64,000 nt of DNA, from the NCBI GenBank assembly GCA_043745805.1, contig JAYTSD010000031.1, positions 64,001 through 128,000 of the forward strand. The letters run 5' to 3'. The position numbers and the translations under genes were made by a program. The notes below the pieces were generated by a model that did not search any database, was not told the DNA's origin, and was given only the letters and a program-made list of their open reading frames with translations. This document shows, piece after piece, positions 39,054 to 48,827 of the stretch. The DNA is from Fibrobacteria bacterium (GTDB lineage Bacteria > Fibrobacterota > Fibrobacteria > UBA11236). Numbering within the stretch: position 1 is the stretch's first letter; the number at the start of each line of letters is the position of its first letter.

Positions 39054-39302
39054 TTAAGCCTCGACTTTTTCTTGTGGAAGAATTGCTTTGAGTCGTTCTA
39101 TTTCCGCTTCGTGAAAAGCGATTTGTGAGGGGATTTCTGCGTGTTCATAATTCACGTCGGTGATGTGCATGAGAGGATTTTTTACATAACCTTCGAGTTC
39201 TTTCTCGTCGGATCTGTTGTCAGGCGTAAAGCCTTCCGGCTTAATGGTAAACTTGCCGATTATGGTAGTTTTGCCTTTGTGTGTTGGATAAAATGTTTTC
39301 AT
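39054..39302 (-). CDS. Phage hypothetical protein
   Basis: 82 aa, RBS aaggt. Confidence 0.6.
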   Translation of the reverse strand: MKTFYPTHKGKTTIIGKFTIKPEGFTPDNRSDEKELEGYVKNPLMHITDVNYEHAEIPSQIAFHEAEIERLKAILPQEKVEA

Positions 39303-39313
39303 GTTACCTTTCT

Positions 39314-39339
39314 AAAAAACCCCTAGGTTACCCTAGGGG
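39314..39339 (-). terminator. Intrinsic terminator after the capsid gene pair
   Basis: Minus strand cccctagg-gtaa-cctagggg followed by six T. Confidence 0.85.
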
Positions 39340-39362
39340 AGAGTGTTTTTGTTACTAATCGA

Positions 39363-39950
39363 TTACCGAGCAAATCCCTTGCGCGTATAGGTTATCCTAC
39401 ACCTTGGGATATTCTTCGCAATTGCCCCATTGTTAACAAGTCGCCATCGAATAAACCTATGGTCGATTGTTTTCAGTGGAGGACGTAGCACAGTGGTTAC
39501 CACTAGGTTAACATCCGAGGCTTTTGTGATTGTGACATTATTAACCGAATCCCATGCAGTACTACCAGCACGCAATGGATTTAACCCATCGGACGCAACT
39601 AGCGATTGCTGAGTGGTAAGGCTCACTATAACCGAATCGGTTACGGCTGCCGAATCGGTTACGTCATAGCATGACAAAACAACATTCCCGATTTTCGTGG
39701 TGTCAACAAGTGGTTTACCCACTGAATCGCCAACGAGCAAAGGAATCTTGAACATATCAAATGCCTGAGTGTAAATAGTGTCACCGATTGCCATTTGTGC
39801 ATCGAGCACAAAGTAAGCGAACCCGCCGGTACCATATTCGTAAGAAGACGTTACCGTAACAGGTGCGTTTTGTGGCGTGGTGCCATTAAAATAAGTGGCA
39901 CCCATAACCAACGAAGATAGAAGAAGGATAAATCCAAGTAATTTTTTCAT
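39363..39950 (-). CDS. Signal-peptide-bearing protein in the capsid-decoration position
   Basis: MKKLLGFILLLSSLVMG|A, beta-rich body, six D-(S/T)-(A/I/V/T) motifs; 10 bp after the capsid stop with RBS gaggt. Confidence 0.75.
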   Translation of the reverse strand: MKKLLGFILLLSSLVMGATYFNGTTPQNAPVTVTSSYEYGTGGFAYFVLDAQMAIGDTIYTQAFDMFKIPLLVGDSVGKPLVDTTKIGNVVLSCYDVTDSAAVTDSVIVSLTTQQSLVASDGLNPLRAGSTAWDSVNNVTITKASDVNLVVTTVLRPPLKTIDHRFIRWRLVNNGAIAKNIPRCRITYTRKGFAR

Positions 39951-39960
39951 TATCGACCTC

Positions 39961-41208
39961 TTACTTTCTGATATTGGTTAACAAGGTGACTGCTTTAGGA
40001 TCAGAGCATAAAAGCCCTTCTACCACGTACATGGCCGCTCTATCTACCCAATCGGTTCCCAATATTTTCATGTCGGTATCTTCTTGCAAATCCATGTTTT
40101 GTAAGTACATGCGAGTTAACAAGTCGGGTTGAAAACCAATAGCTTGGCCGCGACGAGCTTGCTTGTTCATAAATTCCGAAGGAATTAAATGAACCGTACC
40201 GCTCGGTACTTCCAAGTCAATGATTTTTTGACGATAGGCTTCTTTTTGCTCTGTGATGCGCGTTTGCTTTTGAGCATAAGAGGTAAACGTGGTCATAACG
40301 TCATTGCCGCAAAGCATATAAACGTCCATTCCCGCGCCGCCTTGGCGACACGCAGGAACAAGGCCACGGGAGAAATCATCCCACGCTAAAGTGCCGTCTT
40401 GTGAGTTGTTATTATAGACGGAACCCGCCCACCATTCCAAACCACCGGCAATAAGAGCACGAGTAGATCCACTGCCAATAGTTGCCTTTTGGCCTGCAAT
40501 CATCCCGCCTTCACGCATACGATTTAAATCCACGTTCTTACGAGCCATTTCTTTTTCGTAATCGGAATTTGGTTTTTCGCCGCCTGCAAACAATTGCACG
40601 TTCTTTTGTAATGGTCCTTGGGCCATCCATTGGATCATGAATTGCAAGTTATTGATGCGGTTAATTGGTTCGCGGTTTGTGCCATTCGCAGCCGAAGGAC
40701 CGTCACCGTTTGCATTACCAATTTTTTCGAAATACTTAATGGATGAATCAGAAGTCATCGCCACGGTTCCACCGGCACTTAAATAAGTACACAGGGCGGT
40801 TACCTGTGTTTGCGAGTCAATGGAAACAACTCTGAATTGAGTGGTTTGATCCACTTTGTTCAGCATGTCATTAGCTTGAATACCAGAGGTATCATCCAAT
40901 AACAAAACAGAATTCGATCCTTGTGTCGTGTTCACGTTCGCTGTTAAGCGAAATTCAGTTGGCGCAACTTCGAAATCGTATAGTTCCGGTGTAAGGGTCC
41001 AAGATTTTTCGGACTTAATGCGAGCTTTCGCATCCGTTATTTTCCCGTCGTTCATGACGGCTTTTCCACCTAAGAGAGTTAGAAATGGGAACATATCATA
41101 ACTGATTAAGTTCCCCTCCAAGACTTGGCGCACTTGACGTGCGTCCGATCTTCCGGCCAGCTTTCTGGCATTTTCCAACGTCCCTGCGGTCGCTGTAACA
41201 TCAGACAT
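39961..41208 (-). CDS. Major capsid protein (HK97 fold inferred, with an inserted beta domain)
   Basis: 415 aa after the scaffold; PFLTLLG, N..Q.M, RE..MI.G, AGGL.W, GTV.LIP, EGLL; RBS aaggag. Confidence 0.8.
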   Translation of the reverse strand: MSDVTATAGTLENARKLAGRSDARQVRQVLEGNLISYDMFPFLTLLGGKAVMNDGKITDAKARIKSEKSWTLTPELYDFEVAPTEFRLTANVNTTQGSNSVLLLDDTSGIQANDMLNKVDQTTQFRVVSIDSQTQVTALCTYLSAGGTVAMTSDSSIKYFEKIGNANGDGPSAANGTNREPINRINNLQFMIQWMAQGPLQKNVQLFAGGEKPNSDYEKEMARKNVDLNRMREGGMIAGQKATIGSGSTRALIAGGLEWWAGSVYNNNSQDGTLAWDDFSRGLVPACRQGGAGMDVYMLCGNDVMTTFTSYAQKQTRITEQKEAYRQKIIDLEVPSGTVHLIPSEFMNKQARRGQAIGFQPDLLTRMYLQNMDLQEDTDMKILGTDWVDRAAMYVVEGLLCSDPKAVTLLTNIRK

Positions 41209-41221
41209 AAATAATTACTCC

Positions 41222-42283
41222 TTATCCGTGACGAGCGGACCAACGGCTAGCCATTACAGACTCACCCGATCCAGCCTCAGCGGAATTGTTTTTTGATTGT
41301 GCGCCGATACCTTGAGCGTTACCGGACTTACGCTTTTGAGTCATTGCCTCATCCACACCTTTTTGTACTCCATCTTCCACGGCCTTGTCGTAGTTTTCAG
41401 CAAGCTTGAGCGCCTTACCAATCTTCGCCCAAGCTTTTACATGCTCAGGAGTTAATGCGATATGCGCTAAGCTTAGACCGTAACTTCCAAGTAACTGACC
41501 TGGCTCGGTAAGGCCTTGAATGTGATTGTCGAAAATCTCTTGATCCTCTGGATTCTGTGCTATGTGGGCGTGATAGGTTTTATCAGCAGTAGCATAAAAT
41601 TCCTTTGTAGCTTCAGCCGGCGTTTTCCCTTTTCCTAAAGCATCTTCGACAGCTGCCTTGGTACTAAGTTCTTGAATGCCGCCCATGCGCTTATTCAGCC
41701 AAGCGGTAGAGGTACCGTCTTTATCTTCGCCGTTAAAGGCGCGCTGAATATGGCTAAAGAGTTCCGCTTCATCCTTCGCTTGTTCGGAGTATGTTTTCGC
41801 AACGGGAATTTCAGGCAACCCGTTGCTTTTTCGCCACTCATTAATCGACTTTGGATCGGATGACAAGACTTTTTGAAAGGTCGTCTGCCGATTGTTCAAC
41901 AAAGATTTTTCTTGATTGACGCGCGTGTGTGATTGTTCGAGCTCGCTATATCCCTTCAATACTGTGGGAGTGAAATCTTTCGACTTATGATCCCATTTCT
42001 TATTTTTGATAAGCGACTCGTGCGGTTTGTACTCATCGGGGAATTCTGCCCTTTCATCCGCAACGGGGCTGGCCTGCCCATTTGCGGAAGCGGTTGTAGC
42101 TCCCTGTTTTTCCTTGCCGGTTGTGCCATCCAATTTTGCGCCGCTTGCGTCTCCCGATTTATCGATAGTTGATGTATCGGAGGCTTTCGCTTGTTCCGTT
42201 TTATCACTAGCCGATAACTGATCAACGTGGCTTTGTCGCATCGTAGCGATAGCAACTTCTGGTGATGCCATAAAATCTGACAT
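41222..42283 (-). CDS. Putative capsid scaffolding protein
   Basis: Low-complexity N-terminus, LKGYSELE motif, helical; between portal and capsid. Confidence 0.7.
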   Translation of the reverse strand: MSDFMASPEVAIATMRQSHVDQLSASDKTEQAKASDTSTIDKSGDASGAKLDGTTGKEKQGATTASANGQASPVADERAEFPDEYKPHESLIKNKKWDHKSKDFTPTVLKGYSELEQSHTRVNQEKSLLNNRQTTFQKVLSSDPKSINEWRKSNGLPEIPVAKTYSEQAKDEAELFSHIQRAFNGEDKDGTSTAWLNKRMGGIQELSTKAAVEDALGKGKTPAEATKEFYATADKTYHAHIAQNPEDQEIFDNHIQGLTEPGQLLGSYGLSLAHIALTPEHVKAWAKIGKALKLAENYDKAVEDGVQKGVDEAMTQKRKSGNAQGIGAQSKNNSAEAGSGESVMASRWSARHG

Positions 42284-42292
42284 GCAATTCTC

Positions 42293-42664
42293 CTAATCTG
42301 GAAAAGCTGGCACATCCCAAGGGTCTTGATCCAAGTCCTCTGGTCTATGTGTTTCGCTTTTCTCTTTTGGTTTAAGTTTGTTAATGGTTTTTAAAGCCTT
42401 AATAGGCATCTCAATGAGCAGGGTTAGCGCCTTTATTTCGCTGGATATACCAACACATGCCAGACCGTAACTTCCAAGTTCATCTTGAGAACGTGGACGC
42501 GGTATTTTTTCGAGTAAGCGTCTACGATCATCCCGAAGAGAAATGAGAAAACGGAAATACTCCGGCTTTTCACTGAGAGCTTTTGATAATACCTGTAAAT
42601 CCTCAGGAGTTATACTTTCGCTAAGCGGCTTGTAAGGCTGCTTGCGGAATAGGTTGTTGAACAC
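42293..42664 (-). CDS. Phage hypothetical protein between portal and scaffold
   Basis: 123-aa helical ORF in a slot common in podoviruses. Confidence 0.55.
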   Translation of the reverse strand: MFNNLFRKQPYKPLSESITPEDLQVLSKALSEKPEYFRFLISLRDDRRRLLEKIPRPRSQDELGSYGLACVGISSEIKALTLLIEMPIKALKTINKLKPKEKSETHRPEDLDQDPWDVPAFPD

Positions 42665-44522
42665 TATTCATTCCTCCCTGTGGTTGAGGTGGTAAAGTAT
42701 TCGGTGGAAGCTGTGGCGGCATAGCGCTGGGTGCTCCCATGGTTAATTCTGGTTTTGTTGGTTCGGGTATAAATTCATCTACCGTATCAATACCAAGGCG
42801 CTTACCATAATCGCGAACGGCTTTTACTAGCACTTCCGGAGATGATAACTGAGGCGCAAGCTTGAATACGCTTTGGTAAAAGTTGTAATACTTTAATGCC
42901 TCTGAGTCCCTGTCACGGGTAACATCATCGTTAATGCGGAAATCTGTGTTTTCTAAAAATGCACGTTGGTGATTGTTGTCGAGCCGAATCGCCTTGCCAT
43001 CTTTAGACGTGGCCATAAGCTGCTGAGGGGAGAAGAACAAAAGCCCCTGCATAGTGAGAAACCGAATTTCAGGCAGAAGCGCATCGTCGGAAATTCTTTT
43101 GCATGTTGCGCGAATCTTTTTAGCGCCTTGTGATTTTAAAATTGCCGCTTGCGTTGCGGTGTTATCGCCCCTACTGTTTTGTGCATCAAGACCAAGCTCT
43201 TGATCCGTTTGGCCTACAGCTTGACGGTCATGGTCTAGGAATTGTTGAATGAGTTGTAAATCTTGAAGCGAACCGCTACGGTTATCGCCCAACATTTCGG
43301 GAACGCGCTTACTCTTATCGCCCGCAATTAAAAATGTGTTTTGTCCACGAGGGTTATAAAAGTCGTTTGGATCAAGTAAAGCCTCCTCATCAACGTACCA
43401 ATAGCGATGCATTGCGTCGATTTGATTTTCTATCGAAAGATTTAAGAGTAAATCACCGATCCTTTGGTGGTCTCGCATCCCATCCAGAAAAGAACGGGAG
43501 AAAGGTGATGAGCGATAGCCGTGGCTCTTGGCGTGTGTCATCGAATCAAAAAGGCTACCTAGTTGATCCTCGGCGAGTCTTAAGGTTAAATTATTCGTGC
43601 CCTCATATATGTAAACAGCTGGATCGCCATAATATCCTTTGCAACCAGATAGCGAACCTTTGTAATAAATCACATCCACATAAGGCAGCTTTGTAGTTGT
43701 ATCGCGCTTTATATCTCCATCGTTGATGTCTTGGCCGGAGTTTTCGGGATAATCTTTATCTTTATCGATTTGTTGTTTTGCAAATGAAGCTTTAAGCTTC
43801 TTTATCGCATCTGGGTTATATACTGGCTGCTTGTCTTCCGTTACCTTTTGCTCAGCTGCATAAACATCTTGTAAATACCAGCGCTTCATATACCCTTGAT
43901 ATGGGAAATCCGAACCCATATCAAGCGGACCAAACCAAGCGTAAGGGTGTAGCCTGCGTGATACCGGCTTGTTGCCGATGGTTGACCAAGTGGATTCGAA
44001 GCTTATCCCGCTCGAAGTTTGCTTGTTGCCTGGACGTAACTTGTAACCCTCACTGTATGAGAAGTCACCATAAGCAGGAGACCAACCGTAATCAGGGATG
44101 TAGTCTAAACGGCCATACAGCATTTTTTTATAGCCGATTTGGCGAAGCATATTATTCATGAAGTCTTGTAATTCGCTGCAATACCGCTTTGCCTCTGCTC
44201 CGCCATGCTGTGGCGTGAGGTAAACCCATTCGTCGAGGTCGAAAATGTCATGAAGTGAATCGCGATAATTATCAAAGGCGGCACGAAACATGCCTTGGCG
44301 AAATCCGAACTTCGTAACCTTCTTGCCTTTTTCCCAAAGCTGATTAATCAAATACTTTGAGGTTTCGCAGCGACTCTTATAGTTCTTAAATCCTTGTGAG
44401 CCGTAGAATTCAGATTTGATACTGTTCACATATTCGCGTACGTTTTTATCATCGTCTTTCGCTTCGAAAGCTTTGTCGGATGGAAGCTTGAGGGAATAAT
44501 CTGCCGTCTTAGCGTTTGGCAT
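42621..44522 (-). CDS. Portal protein
   Basis: 633 aa immediately after terL; TATQAAI motif and Pro/Gln-rich tail of P22-like portals. Confidence 0.8.
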   Translation of the reverse strand: MPNAKTADYSLKLPSDKAFEAKDDDKNVREYVNSIKSEFYGSQGFKNYKSRCETSKYLINQLWEKGKKVTKFGFRQGMFRAAFDNYRDSLHDIFDLDEWVYLTPQHGGAEAKRYCSELQDFMNNMLRQIGYKKMLYGRLDYIPDYGWSPAYGDFSYSEGYKLRPGNKQTSSGISFESTWSTIGNKPVSRRLHPYAWFGPLDMGSDFPYQGYMKRWYLQDVYAAEQKVTEDKQPVYNPDAIKKLKASFAKQQIDKDKDYPENSGQDINDGDIKRDTTTKLPYVDVIYYKGSLSGCKGYYGDPAVYIYEGTNNLTLRLAEDQLGSLFDSMTHAKSHGYRSSPFSRSFLDGMRDHQRIGDLLLNLSIENQIDAMHRYWYVDEEALLDPNDFYNPRGQNTFLIAGDKSKRVPEMLGDNRSGSLQDLQLIQQFLDHDRQAVGQTDQELGLDAQNSRGDNTATQAAILKSQGAKKIRATCKRISDDALLPEIRFLTMQGLLFFSPQQLMATSKDGKAIRLDNNHQRAFLENTDFRINDDVTRDRDSEALKYYNFYQSVFKLAPQLSSPEVLVKAVRDYGKRLGIDTVDEFIPEPTKPELTMGAPSAMPPQLPPNTLPPQPQGGMNSVQQPIPQAALQAA

Positions 44523-46303
44523 TAGTTTTCCATTCCTTCATAAACCACGCCACCACGGACGCGGCCCATTATAGTCCTGTTGATTTTTTCACGTAACTTA
44601 TTAGCGTTCTGAAATTCTTTGATGGGTATTTCTTTTGTAGGAGCGGGCAAGGCTTCATTTATGCAGCATCCACCAGCAAGGTTCATCACTCGGTCATCGG
44701 TATAACCAATGGAAGCACATGGCTTGCCGTTCTCGTCATAAACAAACTGTTGACACTCGTCAAAAAAGTCTTCGTCCCAAATCGTCAACGTACGAGATTC
44801 GATACCGTAACGCACAAGAGAAAGAGAAGCGTCCCGATTTCTTCCCCAGATTAAACCAAAGCCATCCCTATCAGTGCGCCAATTATCATCACTCGCCTTT
44901 TCCGGATCGCTGTAGTTTCTGCGCCTGTGGTAAATCATTTCAAGCGGGTAACCGGATTCTAAAACATAAGGGCGAACTTCTGCGCCTATTCCCGTCGCAT
45001 CCCATCCAAGGTATGCGTTGAAGTAATATTCAGCAAGCAGCACCAAGTTTTCGGCATTGGACATAGCGCCTAAGAGGCCATAGGATTTTGCCACAACTTT
45101 GTTTGCAACTCTATCGATTACGTAAACCGAATCGGGATCGCTATTTGGATTTCCTGCACCTACGTCACTAATTGCCAAATAGCGCCCGATCCATCCGTCG
45201 CGCGGTAACTCGTAAATATGAAATGTGTTTTTCTCGGTGGCCCGAACTGGTTTTGGGCGTTGGCCGTTTTGGCGCATGAGGCCCATGATTACCGGCGGCT
45301 GGGCTTCGTTGCGTAACTTGGCCGCTTCTTTTTCTAGTCGAATAATTTTTGGATTAAAAAAGTTACTGCCACTCTCTTCGAATGCTTCTTCGAATGTTGC
45401 TGGCCACTCGCGTTTAAATTGTTTGACAGGCGAAAGCGCTTTGCTTCGCTTCGGGTCGTTAATCAAATCAGAAAGTTTTTTTCGGCGCCACATAATGGTT
45501 TCTGGCAATGCACCGAGAGACAAAAGGCGTTCCTCTTCTTCATCGATCGGGCCGCGATAATTTTTTGCGTCCGATCGGTATTCTTCATGATGCAGGAGGC
45601 CAGAGAACTTTAAAACCTTGTCGCCAAGAACCCACACGCGACCTTGTACAACCTCTTCGCCTTTGTTGTATATATTCATGCAACCAGCATGAAACGCACC
45701 GCTTGGCCCATTACTGGTTGATTCAAGGGTTAATACTGCATGCTCAGGCATCGACCCGATAATTCCCTGTAGTAACACATCGAGATAGAGAATGTATGCA
45801 GCCTCAGTAATATGAATCCAATCGGGAGTAGTGGATCGACCCTTCTTACTAGAAACCGCTTCACTTGCTCCAGCTGTTGCAATGCGTACAAGGCTTTTAT
45901 TGTCTTTGTACTTTATGGCAGTGGTAGTGTTACGCTCCTTCTCGCCTTTGACTGCATCCGGCAAGTTGTCGTCCATGTCCTTCAGCTTATCAAATAGAAC
46001 GGGCGCGGCAAACTCTTCATGGGCAAGGATTAACGCTTCAAAGTTGTTACGGAAACGTGCGCGGTACAATGCGCGGGCAATGTGTAATGTGGTTCGGCCC
46101 TCTTGCCTTACCTTTACTTCATAGTTGATGTGTCCGGTATAATTAATCGACAGCTTTTGACTATCGTGCAGCTTAATTAAATGGCGTTCCTTTTTCTTAT
46201 CCACAATATGGATACAGCTTTCAACACCTAAAACTTCATCGTCGCGATACGTTTCGAGCTCCTTAATAAGCTCTAATTCATCGGGGGCAAAATTATTCGA
46301 CAC
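44522..46303 (-). CDS. Terminase large subunit
   Basis: Walker A-like KVRQEGRTT, GRSTT, Walker B HITEAAY, LESTSNG, FKREWP....EAF, nuclease acids (SDVG, DSV, DDRVM). Confidence 0.92.
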   Translation of the reverse strand: MSNNFAPDELELIKELETYRDDEVLGVESCIHIVDKKKERHLIKLHDSQKLSINYTGHINYEVKVRQEGRTTLHIARALYRARFRNNFEALILAHEEFAAPVLFDKLKDMDDNLPDAVKGEKERNTTTAIKYKDNKSLVRIATAGASEAVSSKKGRSTTPDWIHITEAAYILYLDVLLQGIIGSMPEHAVLTLESTSNGPSGAFHAGCMNIYNKGEEVVQGRVWVLGDKVLKFSGLLHHEEYRSDAKNYRGPIDEEEERLLSLGALPETIMWRRKKLSDLINDPKRSKALSPVKQFKREWPATFEEAFEESGSNFFNPKIIRLEKEAAKLRNEAQPPVIMGLMRQNGQRPKPVRATEKNTFHIYELPRDGWIGRYLAISDVGAGNPNSDPDSVYVIDRVANKVVAKSYGLLGAMSNAENLVLLAEYYFNAYLGWDATGIGAEVRPYVLESGYPLEMIYHRRRNYSDPEKASDDNWRTDRDGFGLIWGRNRDASLSLVRYGIESRTLTIWDEDFFDECQQFVYDENGKPCASIGYTDDRVMNLAGGCCINEALPAPTKEIPIKEFQNANKLREKINRTIMGRVRGGVVYEGMEN

Positions 46304-46637
46304 GAGTCTTTTCCGCGTTGAATTCGACGTCTATATAAAGCCAGCCGATTTGCGGGCTAGTAAATCCAACTCCGCGATCTCCATTTGATGGCTGTGCTAG
46401 AAATGCTTTCGTGGGCTTTTTTCCGGTGGCCTTATGAAACTCGACGGCCAAATGATTAAGCTCCGCGTTTGAAATCGCTTGGCGGCCACCGACTCGAATT
46501 CCGTGCAAATTATAAACAGGCTTAGGATGTAACCTTTGACCGAGTTCATTAAATCCTGAATTGTTAGCTCCATAGGCTGTAGTGGTTGGCTCACCGTGTG
46601 ACTCCCATGGACTTGGTTCTACTTCCATACTGTTCAT
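46293..46637 (-). CDS. Phage hypothetical protein
   Basis: Overlaps neighbours in the packaging run. Confidence 0.55.
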   Translation of the reverse strand: MNSMEVEPSPWESHGEPTTTAYGANNSGFNELGQRLHPKPVYNLHGIRVGGRQAISNAELNHLAVEFHKATGKKPTKAFLAQPSNGDRGVGFTSPQIGWLYIDVEFNAEKTRVE

Positions 46638-46930
46638 AGGTCAGCATGGCTTTCTACCAATGACTCTGGCGTCGCTTCTGATATTGGGGCGATACGAGCC
46701 TCAGGATTGTTGTTAAGGAATTTCATAGCGGTGAAAAACTGCCTGTGCAAGTTGTCCACTACGTCATGAATTTGTTTTGTGTTGGTTATTTTACGAGTTG
46801 ATACAGCGGCTATCTTTAGCCCTCGAAAATGAAACTCATAAGTCTCGTCTTCCAAGTTCTTGATAACCGTGATGTTACGAATTACTTGCGGTTCTTCTGG
46901 TCTAAATACTTGGTCAATGCCTATTTGCAT
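46634..46930 (-). CDS. Phage hypothetical protein
   Basis: Overlaps neighbours in the packaging run. Confidence 0.55.
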   Translation of the reverse strand: MQIGIDQVFRPEEPQVIRNITVIKNLEDETYEFHFRGLKIAAVSTRKITNTKQIHDVVDNLHRQFFTAMKFLNNNPEARIAPISEATPESLVESHADL

Positions 46931-47388
46931 TTGACCTCAACGCGGCGATTTAGATTATCATCATTGGAAGCTGGCTTTTCTTCTCCATAACTGATTACAA
47001 ATAATTCCGCGTTGACATTGGCGTTAATGAGATAGTTTTGTACTGCCTGAGCTCTCGCAAGCCCAAGAGCGTAATTGTAAACCTCGTCACCTACTTGGTC
47101 GGCATGACCTTCGATAATGCAATGGTTTTTTGCGTTATCCGCGATTAGGCGAAGTGTACTTTGTTCGCTTGCCTTAATTATCGATTGGTTAAAATCAAAA
47201 TAAACAGTGGGTAACGTGAATTGTTTATCGGCACCCTCCGTGCTTTCGGTTTCGTTAAATGTGTGGCCGCCCTCGTCCTGCTTGTCGGTTTTAATTTGCG
47301 ATTGATGATCAGGAACCAAAGGGACGACCAAGTTTTTAAGTGCACAGCTGCACATGAGTAACGCTAGTGTTACATAGACTAATTTCAT
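46921..47388 (-). CDS. OmpA/Pal-family peptidoglycan-binding lipoprotein
   Basis: Lipoprotein signal (LALLMCSC), VYFDFNQS.I, IEGHAD..G...YN..LG..RA..V..YL, SYGEEKP, NRRVE. Confidence 0.92.
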   Translation of the reverse strand: MKLVYVTLALLMCSCALKNLVVPLVPDHQSQIKTDKQDEGGHTFNETESTEGADKQFTLPTVYFDFNQSIIKASEQSTLRLIADNAKNHCIIEGHADQVGDEVYNYALGLARAQAVQNYLINANVNAELFVISYGEEKPASNDDNLNRRVEVKCK

Positions 47389-47639
47389 TATTTCTTTGCC
47401 TTTGCTGGTTTTTCTCTTAAAGTTGCTAGCACGCGGTTTGCTATTGTTTCAGTAGACCCGAGTTTTCGAATTGCATCATTGGCGGCGAAAAGCTTATCGT
47501 CCAGTTCCTTAATGCGACCGGCTTGGGTCTCTATGGTGGTGTTTAGCTCAATAGTCTTGTCCAAAAGGATTTGAAAGTTCTCGTCGAGCCATTCAATAGA
47601 CAGTCCCTCTTTTTTTTCCGAAAATTTATGCCAGCTCAT
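47388..47639 (-). CDS. Phage hypothetical coiled-coil protein
   Basis: 83 aa, coupled on both sides. Confidence 0.55.
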   Translation of the reverse strand: MSWHKFSEKKEGLSIEWLDENFQILLDKTIELNTTIETQAGRIKELDDKLFAANDAIRKLGSTETIANRVLATLREKPAKAKK

Positions 47640-48169
47640 TTTTTACCTTTGCGAACCCAGTCCATAATCGCGACCATTTTGTTTTCTGTCTCAGTTGGCT
47701 TCTTCATTGCCAATACGTCGATAGCCATCTTAAGCCCGTCAGCATTGGCGCTACGGTCGGGTACTAATTCGAAATCTCTACCTAAAATTGTTGCGGTTTC
47801 TGTACCGTTTTCCTGTGTTTTTTCCTTGGCATAATCGGGTTTGGCGTATGTTAATAGCGCCCCTTTCTTACCTTCGCGTATAAAACTCTTAGCGTGTATC
47901 AGTTTTACTATGCCTTCTGCTACTAAGGCCTTGGTAAGTCCGGCGTTAGCGGCGTAGTCTTCTGTACTCTTTTGCTCAATTTGTACCAACTTCTCAGCGT
48001 ACTTGCCTTTTTTCCATTGGCCGTTTTCTGGATCGGGTAATCCACGCTTGCACCAGTTGGCAATGGTGTTTGGCGCACGTTTTAGCTTGGCTGCAATGTC
48101 GCGTAATGGTAAGCCACGGCTTTCATGCATGTTACGCGCTTTGGCTTGTACTTTTATATCGTCCTTCAC
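47636..48169 (-). CDS. Putative terminase small subunit
   Basis: N-terminal HTH (LRDIAAKLKRAPNTIANW); first gene of the structural run. Confidence 0.7.
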   Translation of the reverse strand: MKDDIKVQAKARNMHESRGLPLRDIAAKLKRAPNTIANWCKRGLPDPENGQWKKGKYAEKLVQIEQKSTEDYAANAGLTKALVAEGIVKLIHAKSFIREGKKGALLTYAKPDYAKEKTQENGTETATILGRDFELVPDRSANADGLKMAIDVLAMKKPTETENKMVAIMDWVRKGKK

Positions 48170-48247
48170 AAATCGAAGAATACGAGATTTAAATCATGCT
48201 TTTAATAAATTTCGCTTGGCATGATCTGTTATGATATGGTGGGAGTA

Positions 48248-48276
48248 TTGATGTATTGCGCGAGTTACGGTATATT
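48248..48276 (+). promoter_or_regulatory. Candidate sigma70 promoter
   Basis: ttgatg-N17-tatatt upstream of RBS ggagg and the HTH gene. Confidence 0.55.
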
Positions 48277-48296
48277 ATGGCAATGGAGGGAAACAA

Positions 48297-48530
48297 ATGA
48301 TTAACCCAAGGACTTTAAATAAAATTCGCGCGCCGGGTTTTGCACGAGATTTAAGGCGCGAACGAGCTTTGCATGTACCAAGAATTAAGCAGAGCTATTT
48401 AGCTGCGAGATTGGATATGGATGAAACAACTGTTAGCAAATGGGAAAACGGTCACCAGTTTCCGGAGAGAGACACTAGAATTTTGATTGCGGAGATTTTG
48501 CCGGGTATGAGACAGTGGGCAGAAATATGA
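48297..48530 (+). CDS. XRE-family HTH regulator
   Basis: IKQSYLAARLDMDETTVSKWENG...P. Confidence 0.88.
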   Translation: MINPRTLNKIRAPGFARDLRRERALHVPRIKQSYLAARLDMDETTVSKWENGHQFPERDTRILIAEILPGMRQWAEI

Positions 48531-48751
48531 GCAGCCTACCCATGAATAATTCAGAGACATTCGTCTTTGTTTTTAGACCTAAGAAAAAATAGGCTTTATT
48601 TAGAGATAGCTACTACAAGGTAAGAGATCGAAAAAAAACCATATTCCTCATCTTTATTTGACTTCGGTAAACATTTTTGAGTTTATTTAGGCAATTGTTG
48701 GAATTAATAAAATATTGGCACAATTTATTTTTGTTTACCTGATATTATGTA

Positions 48752-48780
48752 TTGACTAGGTAGGATGTTAGTAGTACATT
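48752..48780 (+). promoter_or_regulatory. Candidate sigma70 promoter of the small-gene/hammerhead operon
   Basis: ttgact-N17-tacatt, then a 5' hairpin (tgag..cgc-aataaa-gcg.ctca) and RBS aagga. Confidence 0.6.
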
Positions 48781-48827
48781 ATATACATGAGCAACGCAAT
48801 AAAGCGACTCACAAAAAGGATTACAAA

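Noticed and set aside
48215-48732. Sigma54 promoters in the phage (TTGGCAT near 48216, TTGGCAC near 48715)
   Set aside because: No TTGC -12 element at the required spacing
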